Assembly: GCA_963813585.1 (NCBI GenBank)
Contig: CAWEZL010000001.1
Coordinates: 4,383,600 to 4,415,599 of the forward strand
Origin: an uncultured Acidobacteriota bacterium
GTDB taxonomy: Bacteria > Acidobacteriota > Vicinamibacteria > Vicinamibacterales > Fen-181
Length of the DNA stretch: 32,000 bases
Reading direction: 5' to 3'
The notes under the pieces are model-generated. The model saw only the letters and a program-made list of their open reading frames with translations, had not been told where the DNA came from and did not search any database. This document shows, piece after piece, positions 1 through 9,171 of this stretch; within the stretch, counting starts at the first letter, position 1, and each line of letters begins with the position of its first letter. The position numbers were made by a program, and so were the translations under genes.

Positions 1-96
1 CGTACATGATCTTCGAGGAAGGCGGCACGGCGTCGGCCTGCGGGTAGTGTACGATGGCTGGCTGGCGCGCCAGCCGCGCGCCGGAGCACGGACAGC

Positions 97-2034
97 ATGG
101 AACCGGATATCGACGATCAGGCCGAGCCGCCGGGCGAGCCGCCGGGCGTCGCCCCGACGGTCGCGTCCACGCGCGACCTGCTGATCCTGTCGCTGGGCGC
201 GCTCGGCGTCGTCTACGGCGACCTCGGAACCTCGCCGCTCTACACCGTCAGGGAGTGCTTCAGCCCCGTCCACGGCGTGGCGCCCACCGTGGAGAACGTG
301 CTGGGCGTCCTGTCGCTCATCTTCTGGGCCCTGACGATCGCCGTCATCGGCAAGTACATGCTGTTCGTGATGCGCGCCGACAACGGGGGCGAAGGCGGCA
401 TCATGGCGCTGCTGGCGCTGATCCTGCCGCGGGGGCGGGCGGAGCCGGGCCGCTGGACGGCGCCGCTGGTGCTCTGCGCCTTGATCGGCACCGCCCTGCT
501 GCTGTCGGACGGGATGATCACGCCGGTCATCACCGTGCTCGGCGCGGTCGAGGGGCTCGAGGTGGCCATGCCGCTGCTGGGGCCGATGGTCGTCCCCGCG
601 GCCCTCGCGATCCTGGTCGGCCTGTTCGCCCTCCAGAAGCGCGGCACGGCCGCCGTGGGGGCGCTCTTCGGGCCGGCGATGCTCGTGTGGTTCGCCATGA
701 TCGCCTCGCTCGGGCTGCCCTGGGTGCTGCGCGAGCCGCGCGTCCTCGAGGCGGTGCTGCCCTGGCACGGGCTGCGGTTCGTCTCGTTCCACGGCCTTCA
801 CGGCTTCCTGATCCTCGGCGCGGTGGTGCTGTGCATCACCGGCACCGAGGCGCTGTTTGCCGACATGGGGCATTTCGGCCGCCGGCCGATCCGCCTGGCC
901 TGGTACGTCGTGGTGTTCCCGTGCCTGCTGCTCAACTACTTCGGGCAGGGAGCGGCGCTGCTGCTGGGCGGCAAGGCGGTGGTCGCGAACCCGTTCTACG
1001 CCCTCGCCCCGGCCGGGCTCGTCTACCCGGTCATCGCGGTCTCGACGGTGGCCGCCATCATCGCCTCGCAGGCGCTCATCTCCGGGAGCTTCTCGCTCGC
1101 GCAGCAGGCGATGCAGCTCGGGTACATCCCCCGCCTGCGCGTGGTGCACACCTCCGGCGCGGCGCGCGGCCAGATCTACGTCCCCGAGATCAACGCGATC
1201 CTCTTCGTCGTCTGCTGCGCCCTGGCGCTGACCTTCAGGACGTCCGCGAACCTCGCGGCGGCCTACGGCCTGGCCGTCACCGGGACGATGACCGCGACCT
1301 CGGTCCTCATGTATGCCGTCGCGCGAAGGGCGTGGGGGTGGAGCGCGCCGAAGGCGGGGCTGGTCGTCGGCCTGCTCTTGTGCTTCGACCTCCCGTTCCT
1401 GGGAGCCAACCTCTCCAAGCTGACGCACGGCGGGTGGGTGCCGGTCGTGATCGGCGGCGTCCTGCTGGTCGTGATGACGACGTGGAAGCGGGGCCGGGCG
1501 GTGCTCGCCGCCCAGATGGGCCGCGGCCTGGTGCCGATCCGCCAGTTCCTCGCCACGCTCGAGGGTGAGAACCCGCCCCGGGTGCAGGGCACGGCCGTGT
1601 TCATGACCTCGAACCCCGGCGTCGTCCCTCCCGCGCTGCTCCACAACTTCAAGCACAACAAGGTGCTGCACGAGCAGGTGGTCCTTCTGTCGGTCCTGAC
1701 CGAGAACGCGCCCCAGGTGCCGCCGGAGCGCCGCGTCGAAGTCGAGGACCTGGGCGGCGGCCTCTTTGCGGTGGTGGCCCGCTACGGCTTCATGGAGACG
1801 CCGCACGTGCCGCACGCCGTCAGGCGCTGCCGAGACCAGGGGCTGCGGGTGCGGATGAGCGAGGTGAGCTACTACCTCGGCCGGGAATCGCTCCTCATCG
1901 GGCCCGAGCGAGGGCTCGCCGGGTGGCGCAAGTCGGTCTTTGCGTTCCTGTCGCGGAACGCGCGGCCCGCCACTGCCTTCTTCGCGATCCCGCCCGACCG
2001 CGTCGTCGAGCTCGGCATGCAGGTCGAGCTCTAG
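97..2034 (+). CDS. kup: KUP/HAK/KT-family K+ uptake transporter
   Basis: Intact 645-aa ORF from ATG 97. Carries the N-terminal Kup signature 'LGALGVVYGDLGTSPLYT', many hydrophobic spans, then a soluble C-terminal domain ('VFMTSNPGVVPPALLHNFKHNKVLHE'). Confidence 0.93.
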   Translation: MEPDIDDQAEPPGEPPGVAPTVASTRDLLILSLGALGVVYGDLGTSPLYTVRECFSPVHGVAPTVENVLGVLSLIFWALTIAVIGKYMLFVMRADNGGEGGIMALLALILPRGRAEPGRWTAPLVLCALIGTALLLSDGMITPVITVLGAVEGLEVAMPLLGPMVVPAALAILVGLFALQKRGTAAVGALFGPAMLVWFAMIASLGLPWVLREPRVLEAVLPWHGLRFVSFHGLHGFLILGAVVLCITGTEALFADMGHFGRRPIRLAWYVVVFPCLLLNYFGQGAALLLGGKAVVANPFYALAPAGLVYPVIAVSTVAAIIASQALISGSFSLAQQAMQLGYIPRLRVVHTSGAARGQIYVPEINAILFVVCCALALTFRTSANLAAAYGLAVTGTMTATSVLMYAVARRAWGWSAPKAGLVVGLLLCFDLPFLGANLSKLTHGGWVPVVIGGVLLVVMTTWKRGRAVLAAQMGRGLVPIRQFLATLEGENPPRVQGTAVFMTSNPGVVPPALLHNFKHNKVLHEQVVLLSVLTENAPQVPPERRVEVEDLGGGLFAVVARYGFMETPHVPHAVRRCRDQGLRVRMSEVSYYLGRESLLIGPERGLAGWRKSVFAFLSRNARPATAFFAIPPDRVVELGMQVEL

Positions 2035-2798
2035 CGTGGACGATGGCGGCGAAAGAACGCGACCGCCACGTCGGCGTAGTCGTAGGTGTCGGCCGGCAGC
2101 AGGCGGGCCGTGTGGAAGTGCCGGCGGCCGACCCGCCGGCGGATCGTCGCGACGCCGGCCGCGTAGCCGCTGTTGTACGCGGTCGCGTAGAAGCGCAGGC
2201 GGTCCTCGGCGCCGCCCCTCGCCACGGCCGGGTAGCGCTTGCCCATGACCAGCATGAACAGCCGCAGGTACCGCACCTGCCACTCCATGTCGTCGAGGCG
2301 GCGCACGCGCTGGTCGCGCAGCGCGGGGGTGTCCCCGCGCCGGAACGCGGGGATGTCGAGCGCGTCGCGTTCGCGCCTGCCGAACAGGCGCGCGCAGTCC
2401 GCCTCGACCTGCTCGGCGAACGAAGGCTTCATCTGGAAGCGCCCGACCGAGAAGTTGGCGTGTGCCCGTCCGTACTGCACGTAGAGCACCTTGAGCCCGC
2501 GCACCTGGATATCGTCCTCGAGCGCGCTGAAACGAATCAGCTCGGGGAAGACGACCGCGAGCGCGAGGCGCGCCTCGTCGGGCGGCAGCTTCAGCGCCCG
2601 GGCGATCCAGTCGTTTTCGTGCAGGAATCGCCCGGCGGCGGCGTAGCGTTCGCCGAAGATCGTCGCGTAGTCGCCCGACTGGCCTGCCTGCGCGCGCGAA
2701 GCCGACAGCCCCGACGCGGCGGCCAGCAGGGCCGCGAGCAGGAGGCCCGCGACGGTCGCCCGACGCCGATGCGCGCTACAGGCTTCGCTGGTAGACAA
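2031..2798 (-). CDS. hypothetical exported protein
   Basis: 255-aa ORF. The only in-frame start is TTG 2798, which overlaps the upstream gene's 3' end by 23 nt. Signal-peptide-like 'RRRATVAGLLLAALLAAASGLSASRAQA'. No family recognised by eye. Its stop and the kup stop share one palindromic CTAG (2031-2034), so the two convergent genes abut with no terminator. Confidence 0.55.
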   Translation of the reverse strand: MSTSEACSAHRRRATVAGLLLAALLAAASGLSASRAQAGQSGDYATIFGERYAAAGRFLHENDWIARALKLPPDEARLALAVVFPELIRFSALEDDIQVRGLKVLYVQYGRAHANFSVGRFQMKPSFAEQVEADCARLFGRRERDALDIPAFRRGDTPALRDQRVRRLDDMEWQVRYLRLFMLVMGKRYPAVARGGAEDRLRFYATAYNSGYAAGVATIRRRVGRRHFHTARLLPADTYDYADVAVAFFRRHRPR

Positions 2799-3825
2799 CG
2801 AGGTCCTTGTCCTTCTCCAGGGCGATCCACTTGTAGACCGCCTTCCCCTTCTCCTCGAACACGACGAGGTCCAGGGGGGCGGTGTACTGCTTGCCGTCGC
2901 TGAACATCAGGCTGCGGTAACTGGCGATCGCGTACGACCGGCCGTCCGGGCTCGGGTAGAAGTCGCAGCGGTCCACCGACCCGGCGCCCGGCACCGGCGC
3001 GCCGTTCCGGTACAGCTCGCCCTTCACGCGGAAGTAGAGGTCGTTGCTCGTGCGCGCGAACCAGAATGAGCCGATCTCGTCGAACGGCCCGTAGCGCTTC
3101 CCGTCGATGGTATAGAGGGACTTCTTCTGCATGTCCTGGAGAGCGGCCGCGAGCTTGTCGGGCGGCAGCTTCGACAGGTTCTCCATCTGGTTCATGCCGA
3201 GGCTGCCCTGCACCTCGACGGCGGCGTTCTTCCCGTCCGGGCTGAACTCGATGTCGCCCGGCGTCCCGCCGAACGACACCTTGCGCCCGTCGGAGCTCTC
3301 GAACCAGAACATGTCGGCGTCGGCCGCGGTGACGTACGCGAGCGCGCCGTCCGGGGTGACCTCCTGGGCGATGATCATCGCGTGCGGCCCGATCGTCGCC
3401 CCCTTGAAACGGAGCGTCTGCCCGTTCCGGTCCTGGCCACCCGTTGGCCGCGCGTCGGCCGGGGCCTCCGCCGGGCGGTAGGCGGCGCAATCGCGACGCC
3501 GCGGCTTCGACGCCTCGCGGCCGGCGTACGCCACCTTCATCGCCTCGTCCAGCTTCGCGAACGGTCCCTTCCTCGCCCCGTCCCTGACCGCGAAGTACGG
3601 GCCGCCCTTCCCCTTCGCGGTCAGCAGGACGCTGTCGGACGCATCGACGCTGATGGCCAGCAGGCTCTCGGCCTGCAGGATCGTCTCGCCCGGCTCGAGC
3701 GAGTACAGGACCGTCCGGCCCGGCTCCTGGGCCGTGATGCCGCAGCCGCCGCCCGCGGCGATGACGACGAGGGCGACGAGGACTCCCACGAGCGCGCGTG
3801 ACTGCCGCATACGTCTCCTCTTCAA
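2776..3825 (-). CDS. hypothetical lipoprotein
   Basis: 349-aa ORF. 'MKRRRMRQSRALVGVLVALVVIAAGGGC' is a signal peptide ending in a lipobox-like Cys. The rest is hydrophilic with recurring 'SPDG'/'DGK' motifs. Function unknown. Confidence 0.65.
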   Translation of the reverse strand: MKRRRMRQSRALVGVLVALVVIAAGGGCGITAQEPGRTVLYSLEPGETILQAESLLAISVDASDSVLLTAKGKGGPYFAVRDGARKGPFAKLDEAMKVAYAGREASKPRRRDCAAYRPAEAPADARPTGGQDRNGQTLRFKGATIGPHAMIIAQEVTPDGALAYVTAADADMFWFESSDGRKVSFGGTPGDIEFSPDGKNAAVEVQGSLGMNQMENLSKLPPDKLAAALQDMQKKSLYTIDGKRYGPFDEIGSFWFARTSNDLYFRVKGELYRNGAPVPGAGSVDRCDFYPSPDGRSYAIASYRSLMFSDGKQYTAPLDLVVFEEKGKAVYKWIALEKDKDLVVYQRSL

Positions 3826-3874
3826 GAACCCACCCCCGAAAGGGCGCGGTAGATTCTAACCTCAGCTTCGCCGA

Positions 3875-5182
3875 ATGCGACGCGCGGCTATACTGGCGAC
3901 CATGCGCGCATCATCCCTGCTCCTCGCTGCTGCCGCCGTGGGTTTCTGGGCAAGCCCGTCGTTCGCGGCCAACCTGATCGCACCGTCCTGCTGGGAGGCG
4001 TTCGCGCCGCGCCCCGTCAACGCGCCCGCGGCGACGAAGTCCTCCGAGGCCGGAGACGCCGTGCTGACGCTCGCCTCGCAGGGCAAGCGGTTCGTCTACG
4101 GCGGCTGGCGCTGCGCGGTCGATGGGATCGACGGGGGCGGCTACTACCAGTTCACCGCGCAGGGCCTGCCCGTGGACGTCGCCTCGGTGCGCCAGTCGCT
4201 GACGGTGCTGCTGCGGTGGAAGGGGGATTTCGGCGACGAGGTCGCACCGTCGTACGTCTGGGAAACCAGCCCGGCGGGTTCGGCGAAGGGCGCCCTCCGG
4301 TTCGAGCGCCGGGTCCAGGCCCCGTCCAAGGCACGCAGGGTGGTGATCGAGCTCGTGCTCCAGTGGTCGGAGACCGGCAGGGTCACGTGGCGCGGCGTCA
4401 GCCTCGCCGCCGCCCCGCCGCCCGCGGCGCGCAAGGCGCGCCTGGCCGCGGTGTGGTTCCGGCCGCGTGGCGCGAAGACCGGCGCCGAGGCGCTGGCACA
4501 GGTCGCCGCCTACGCCGACACCGTCGCCGCGCAGCACCAGCCCGACGTGCTGCTGCTGGGCGAGGCGATCAACCACGCCGGCGCGCCCGGGAGCCTCGAC
4601 GACCACGCCGAGTCGATCCCGGGGCCGACGACCGGGCGCCTCGGTGACGTGGCGCGGCGCCATTCGACCTACGTCGCGTTCAGCATGCTCGAGCGCTCGG
4701 GCCCCGACATCTTCAACACGGGGGTGCTGATCGACCGCCAGGGGGCGATCGCCGGCACGTATCGGAAGGCGCAACTGCCGCAGGAGGAGGTGGCGTCGGG
4801 CGAGGCGCCGGGCGACGTGTTCCCGGTGTTCCGGGCCGACTTCGGCACGGTCGGCCTGATGATCTGCCACGACACGTCGTTCCCCGAGCCGGCCCGCGAG
4901 CTCTCGCGGGGCGGCGCGGAGCTGATCCTGGTGCCGATCTGGGGCGGGCGCTCGCCGCTGGTGCGCGCGCGGGCGATCGAGAACGGCGTCTGGCTCGCGA
5001 CCGCGGGATACGACTACGACAGCGAGATCGTCGACCCGCAGGGGAACGTCGTCGCCTCGGTGGCACACGACACGGGCGCGGGCGCCGCCGTTGCCGAGAT
5101 CGACTTCAATCGGACGTTCCCCGAGCCCTGGATCGGCACCTGGCGGGACACGGTGAACAAGCAGCGACGGGAGGACGAATAA
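3875..5182 (+). CDS. exported carbon-nitrogen hydrolase (nitrilase superfamily) with an extra N-terminal domain
   Basis: 435-aa ORF. The C-terminal ~260 aa show the CN-hydrolase Glu/Lys/Cys contexts ('LLLGEAIN', 'YRKAQLP', 'GLMICHDTSFPE'). The signal peptide 'MRASSLLLAAAAVGFWASPSFA' suggests the real start is ATG 3902. About 170 aa of additional domain precede the hydrolase fold. Confidence 0.85.
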   Translation: MRRAAILATMRASSLLLAAAAVGFWASPSFAANLIAPSCWEAFAPRPVNAPAATKSSEAGDAVLTLASQGKRFVYGGWRCAVDGIDGGGYYQFTAQGLPVDVASVRQSLTVLLRWKGDFGDEVAPSYVWETSPAGSAKGALRFERRVQAPSKARRVVIELVLQWSETGRVTWRGVSLAAAPPPAARKARLAAVWFRPRGAKTGAEALAQVAAYADTVAAQHQPDVLLLGEAINHAGAPGSLDDHAESIPGPTTGRLGDVARRHSTYVAFSMLERSGPDIFNTGVLIDRQGAIAGTYRKAQLPQEEVASGEAPGDVFPVFRADFGTVGLMICHDTSFPEPARELSRGGAELILVPIWGGRSPLVRARAIENGVWLATAGYDYDSEIVDPQGNVVASVAHDTGAGAAVAEIDFNRTFPEPWIGTWRDTVNKQRREDE

Positions 5183-5252
5183 TCGTTCGGGACGAATTTC
5201 AATTTCTGCCACCCAGCCAGAAGTGGCAGAAATTGAAATTCGTCCCGAACGA
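5183..5252. terminator. perfect 30-bp-stem hairpin between convergent genes (putative bidirectional terminator or palindromic element)
   Basis: Arm 5183-5212 'tcgttcgggacgaatttcaatttctgccac' is the exact reverse complement of arm 5223-5252, with a 10-nt loop. It starts on the base after the TAA of the hydrolase gene and ends 33 nt before the stop of the minus-strand gene. The arm is 14/30 G+C in a ~70% GC region. No U-tract. Confidence 0.6.
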
Positions 5253-5284
5253 TTGACCGATTGACGCGCGTCGCCCCGGGAACC

Positions 5285-6154
5285 CTACTTCTTCACTTCC
5301 TGTTTCGGCGCCGGCTTCGGCCTCCCCGCCGCCGTGGCCACCGGCTTCGCAGCCCAGAACGCGTCCTGCGCCCGCACCGCCTGCGGGACGTAGCTCATGC
5401 CCGGGTCGATCCGGAAGCGGATCGTCTCGGTGTTGATCACGCCGTCGGCCGAGAACTTCTGCAGCGTCTCCATCTCCTCGCTGCTCGCGGCCTTCATGGC
5501 CGCCTCGTCGTCGGCCACCGCCTTGTCGAAGTCGCCGTACGAGGTGACCGTCGAGAACACGAGGTACGTCGGGCTCGGCATCCCGGCCATCACCTCGTAG
5601 ACCCGGTAGGACACCCCGGGGGCGCCCTTCTCCGCAGCCGCGCCATACGCCTTCGCCGCGGCCTCGAAGCCGCGGCCGTGGCCGGGCCGCACGCGGAAGA
5701 TCGTGACCTCGTAGAACCGCTGCTTCGCGATGTCGGGAAACGCTCCCCGGCTCAGGTCCTTGCGCGCCACGGCCAGGATCGACCGGGTCCCGGTGATCTG
5801 CTCGGCGTCGGCCTTGTGCAGCGCCGCGAGCGACGACGCGAGCGGTGGCTGCTCGTCGCGGGCCATCGCGTCCCCTATCGCCTCCTGCGACTGGAACGGG
5901 ATGACGAACCAGGCTTCGCCCGGCCCCGTCAGCGAGGTGAGCGCGATGTAGGTGTAGGGGCTCTTCGCCTTCTCATACGCCGCCGGCCATCCCGCCTCGA
6001 CCTTCGCGTGGTCGGCGGCGTGGCCCACCTTGACCTCCTCGCGGTAGATTTGCAGGTATTTCGGCTGCGCCGTGGGAAGCGCCTGCGCGAAGGCCGTGCC
6101 GGCGCCAACGACAATCGACGCGACGACGAGGAGGGACCCTGTGACTCTGCGCAT
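5285..6154 (-). CDS. hypothetical exported protein (apparently two related halves)
   Basis: Trimmed from ORF 5285..6517, whose first 121 codons are an Arg/Gly/Pro-rich shadow. ATG 6154 is preceded by the SD-like AAAGGTGGG and opens the signal peptide 'MRRVTGSLLVVASIVVGAGTAFAQA'. No family recognised. Confidence 0.65.
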   Translation of the reverse strand: MRRVTGSLLVVASIVVGAGTAFAQALPTAQPKYLQIYREEVKVGHAADHAKVEAGWPAAYEKAKSPYTYIALTSLTGPGEAWFVIPFQSQEAIGDAMARDEQPPLASSLAALHKADAEQITGTRSILAVARKDLSRGAFPDIAKQRFYEVTIFRVRPGHGRGFEAAAKAYGAAAEKGAPGVSYRVYEVMAGMPSPTYLVFSTVTSYGDFDKAVADDEAAMKAASSEEMETLQKFSADGVINTETIRFRIDPGMSYVPQAVRAQDAFWAAKPVATAAGRPKPAPKQEVKK

Positions 6155-6303
6155 GGGACGCCCACCTTTGGGGGCAGGCATGCGGGACCGATCGCCGCGA
6201 CGGCCTCCGGCATGGAGACGGGCCGCCGACCGGTGGCATGCCAACGTGGGTTTCCTGTAAACGGGGTACCTCCGATCAGTCTCACCTGCCGCGATGGAGC
6301 GTG

Positions 6304-7332
6304 TCAACGCCTTTCGGCCGAGGCGGCGCACCTGGCGAGCCCGGCGAGCGCGTCGCGCTGGGCGAGCAGGTTCGCGGCCGGCGTGCCGTCGGGGATCTCG
6401 CAGCCGGCCGCCGAGATCCAGCGGCCCCGCCCGGCGGCCGCGTTCGCCAGCACGGCCTCGCGAACCTGCCCGGGCGTCCCCTGCAGGAACACCGACACCG
6501 GGTCCGCGTTCCCGCACACGACGACGTCCCGCATCGTGTCCACGGCCCGCCCGAGGTCAACCATCCAGTCCACGTCCACGATCGCCGCGCCGCTCGCGGC
6601 CATGTCGTTCAGCAGGTGCGTCGTGTTGCCGCAGATGTGCAGGCGCGGGAGGCCCCCCCTGGCCCGGACCGCGTCGAAGATCCGGCGCTCGTAGGGCAGC
6701 GCGAACTCGCGGTACATCGCGGGCGAGATCTGCGAGGCCACGGCATCGCCAAGGCCGATGATGTGCGCGCCGGCCTCGACCTGCTCCTCGGCAAATGCGA
6801 TCCCGACCTCGACGCACCGCTCGAGCAGTTCCTTCAACCACGCCGGAGCCATCACGAGGTCCAGCATGACGGGGCCCATCCCGCGCAGGTCGGCCGCCTC
6901 GGCAAGCGCCCCCTCCACCCACCCCATCACCGGCACCCGGTTGCCCACCTCCGCCCGCAGGAGACGAACGCCTTCCAGCCGGTCGGTCATCCGCGGGCCG
7001 AACGTCGAGACGGGGAACCGGATGCCAGCCAGGTCGCCGTGCTCGACGATCAGCGGTTTCGCGCCGAGCGGCAGGCCGTCGTCCGGGAAGGTCACGTCCA
7101 ACCCGATATCGGCGGCCTCGCGGTAGGGATCGGAGATGGCCTGGACGATGTCGAGGCCGAAGTCCTGGAGAACGGCCAGGTTGGCGGCGGCGAGCACGCG
7201 GTGGTCCCGGTAGTACTTCGACAGGGGCGCGCCAATGTGATGCGCGGCCCTGGTCATGAAGATGTCGAAGTTCGGAACCCGGTCCACGGGCTGCGCCTCG
7301 AGGATCCCGTGCAGGCGCTCGAGCGAGTTCAT
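6304..7332 (-). CDS. URO-D-fold (MtaA/MT2-like) zinc methyltransferase family protein
   Basis: Trimmed from ORF 6304..7923. ATG 7332 ('MNSLERLHGIL') is preceded by the SD GGTGGAGG. The 342-aa product has the uroporphyrinogen-decarboxylase-family layout and the MT2 Zn-ligand contexts 'LHICGNT' (His-x-Cys) and 'AAGCEIP' (Cys). Confidence 0.8.
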   Translation of the reverse strand: MNSLERLHGILEAQPVDRVPNFDIFMTRAAHHIGAPLSKYYRDHRVLAAANLAVLQDFGLDIVQAISDPYREAADIGLDVTFPDDGLPLGAKPLIVEHGDLAGIRFPVSTFGPRMTDRLEGVRLLRAEVGNRVPVMGWVEGALAEAADLRGMGPVMLDLVMAPAWLKELLERCVEVGIAFAEEQVEAGAHIIGLGDAVASQISPAMYREFALPYERRIFDAVRARGGLPRLHICGNTTHLLNDMAASGAAIVDVDWMVDLGRAVDTMRDVVVCGNADPVSVFLQGTPGQVREAVLANAAAGRGRWISAAGCEIPDGTPAANLLAQRDALAGLARCAASAERR

Positions 7333-7355
7333 GCGGCCTCCACCCTGGCCTGACC

Positions 7356-7637
7356 CTAACCTCCCCCGCGCAGGAAGGCGCGCCGGAACCGCGCGAAGAA
7401 GGCATCCCCTTCCGCCTCGGAAGCCGCATCGACCTCGATCTCGACCCGGTGCCGGGGCACGGCGACGCGGCCCAGGCGGCGGTCGGGGAGCGGGACGAGC
7501 CGGATCGTCCAGGCCGGGCACGACCCTGAAGAGCGCACCGACTCGCCGTCCGCCTCGAACGGGCCGGCGGCGGCCGGCAGGAGGCGAAGGAACTCGGCAC
7601 GAGAGACGGTCATCTCGAGGGCGGTGCGGCGGATCAT
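7356..7637 (-). CDS. small hypothetical protein (93 aa, ends in GGG)
   Basis: ORF filling the gap between the MoaD-like gene (9 nt upstream) and the URO-D-like gene (23 nt downstream) on the same strand. No recognisable motif. The only coding support is position and composition. Confidence 0.4.
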   Translation of the reverse strand: MIRRTALEMTVSRAEFLRLLPAAAGPFEADGESVRSSGSCPAWTIRLVPLPDRRLGRVAVPRHRVEIEVDAASEAEGDAFFARFRRAFLRGGG

Positions 7638-7646
7638 GTCGCCTGC

Positions 7647-7901
7647 CTAGCCGCCGGCGACGGGGGGCCAGACCGAGAGGACCTCGCCGTCCGACAGGGC
7701 GCGGGTGGCGCGGTCGGGACGGGCCACCCACACCCCGTCCACGAGCACGATTGCGCACAGCGCCTCGGGGATGCCCTGGGTGCGGAGGATGTCCAGGACG
7801 GTGGACCCCGGCTCGACGTCCAGGACGACGCGGTGGTGGCGGCGCGCCTCGGGTGGCAGGTGAGTCACCAGCGAGGCGAACAGCTTGAACGTGATCCTCA
7901 T
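7647..7901 (-). CDS. MoaD/ThiS-family ubiquitin-like sulfur-carrier protein
   Basis: 84 aa from ATG 7901 ('MRITFKLFASL...DGEVLSVWPPVAGG'). Typical size and C-terminal 'PPVxGG' tail. ATGA overlap with the stop of the upstream FAD subunit gene (7898-7901). Confidence 0.8.
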   Translation of the reverse strand: MRITFKLFASLVTHLPPEARRHHRVVLDVEPGSTVLDILRTQGIPEALCAIVLVDGVWVARPDRATRALSDGEVLSVWPPVAGG

Positions 7902-9152
7902 ACGCCGGCGCCGGCCGCCGCAAGGTAGGCCTGCATGATCCGTGAGGGATCGTCCTGCAGCCGCCGCTTCCAGGCGCCCAGCCGCAGCCGCCCCTCGATC
8001 AGGCCGCGCAGCGCGCCGACGTGGTCGGAGAACCCGACACAGTTGGCGCCGGCGAGCCGGTCGCCCTCGAACTGCAGGTTCAGGTAACGGTAGCGCGCCT
8101 CGTCCAGCACGTCCGTCGAGTCCCCGCCCGGCACGCCTTCCCACTGGCCGAACGACGACGAGGCCAGGCCGAGCGTGGTGAGCACGTTGAAGACGAAGCT
8201 GCCGCGGAAGCGCGCGGGACGGCCGGCCATGTTGAGCGCGGCGATCCGCCCCTGCTCGACCGCGTTCGGCTGAATGGCGTTCAGCTGCCGCTTCCCGCTG
8301 AGGCAATCCGTCGATTCGGCGACGTCGCCGGCCGCGTACACGCCCGGCACGCTGCTCTGAAGGCTCGCATCCACCAGGATGCCGCGACCGATCCCGATGC
8401 CGCTGCCCTCCAGGAAATCGAGATTCGGGTCCACGCCGACGACGCTGAGATACAGGTCGGCGTGAAGGACGCGGCCGTCGCCCAGGTCCACCTGGATGGG
8501 AGCGCCCGTCCCGTTGCCGGCCCGCAGCTCCTTCGGCTGCGTGCGCGTGTGGATCGTCACGCCCTTCGACTCGCACCAGCGCCGGATCAGCCCGCTCGCC
8601 ATCGGGTTCATCATCCGGCGCACCATGTAGCCGCTGCGGACGAGGATCGTGAGATCCACGCCGCGCGAGAGCAGCCCTTCCATGATGATGCAGCCGACGA
8701 ACCCGGCGCCCATCTGCACGATGCGCGTGCCGGGGCGGGCCGCGGCGATGATCGCCCTCGCGTCCTGCGAGGGTCCAGCAGGTCCGCACGCCCGGGAGAT
8801 CGATGCCCGGGACCCGCTCGCGGCTCGGCCGCGAACCGGTGGCGATGAGCAGGCGATCGTAGGGGAGGCTTCGGCCGTTGCCGGTATCCACGGTGCGGGC
8901 GGAGGTGTCGACGGCCTTCGCGCGCGCCTGCACGAGGCCGATGCGCAGCCGCCCGTAGTGATCCGCGTCCTTGCGGATGTAGGTGCCCGCCTCGTCGATG
9001 TCTCCCTTGAGCAGGTAGGGGATCGCCATGCGGGCGTACGGTGGCTCGCCCTCGCCGCAGAGCAGCGTGATCTCCGCGGCGGGGTCGGCCTTCCGCAGGG
9101 TCTCGGCGGCGGTCACGCCGGCGGGGCCGGCGCCGACGATGACGTGTCTCAT
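7898..9152 (-). pseudogene. aorC: FAD/NAD(P)-binding pyridine-nucleotide-disulfide-type oxidoreductase (AorC-like subunit), one frameshift
   Basis: The N-terminal part is in the frame of ORF 7647..9152 ('MRHVIVGAGPAGVTAAE', GxGxxG). The remainder is in ORF 7898..8719 ('QMGAGFVGCIIMEG', second GxGxxG; 'VYAAGDVAE'). The frames join at about 8768 ('WTL|QDARAIIAAARPGTRIVQMGAG'). The length of 1255 nt is 3n+1, consistent with one inserted base. Confidence 0.8.
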
Positions 9153-9171
9153 GGAGATCTCGACGCGCGTC

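Noticed and set aside
3889-3894. The -10-like hexamers TATACT (3889-3894), TAGAAT (15399-15404) and TAGAAT (16421-16426), hinting at leaderless or short-leader transcripts for the hydrolase, cysK and kinase 1.
   Set aside because: No convincing -35 partners were found. Isolated AT-rich hexamers are weak evidence, so they are left as a note rather than features.
6155-6517. Long N-terminal extensions of ORFs 5285..6517 and 6304..7923 (and the TTG-initiated extension 14840..15061).
   Set aside because: The extensions are Arg/Gly/Pro-rich or otherwise non-protein-like. Internal ATGs with good Shine-Dalgarno sequences coincide with a signal peptide or the family N-terminus.
7647-9152. A 501-aa ORF as a single gene.
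   Set aside because: The first ~125 residues are a genuine FAD-oxidoreductase N-terminus and the last 84 are a complete MoaD/ThiS-like protein with its own ATG. The middle is out-of-frame Arg-rich junk; the real continuation is ORF 7898..8719.
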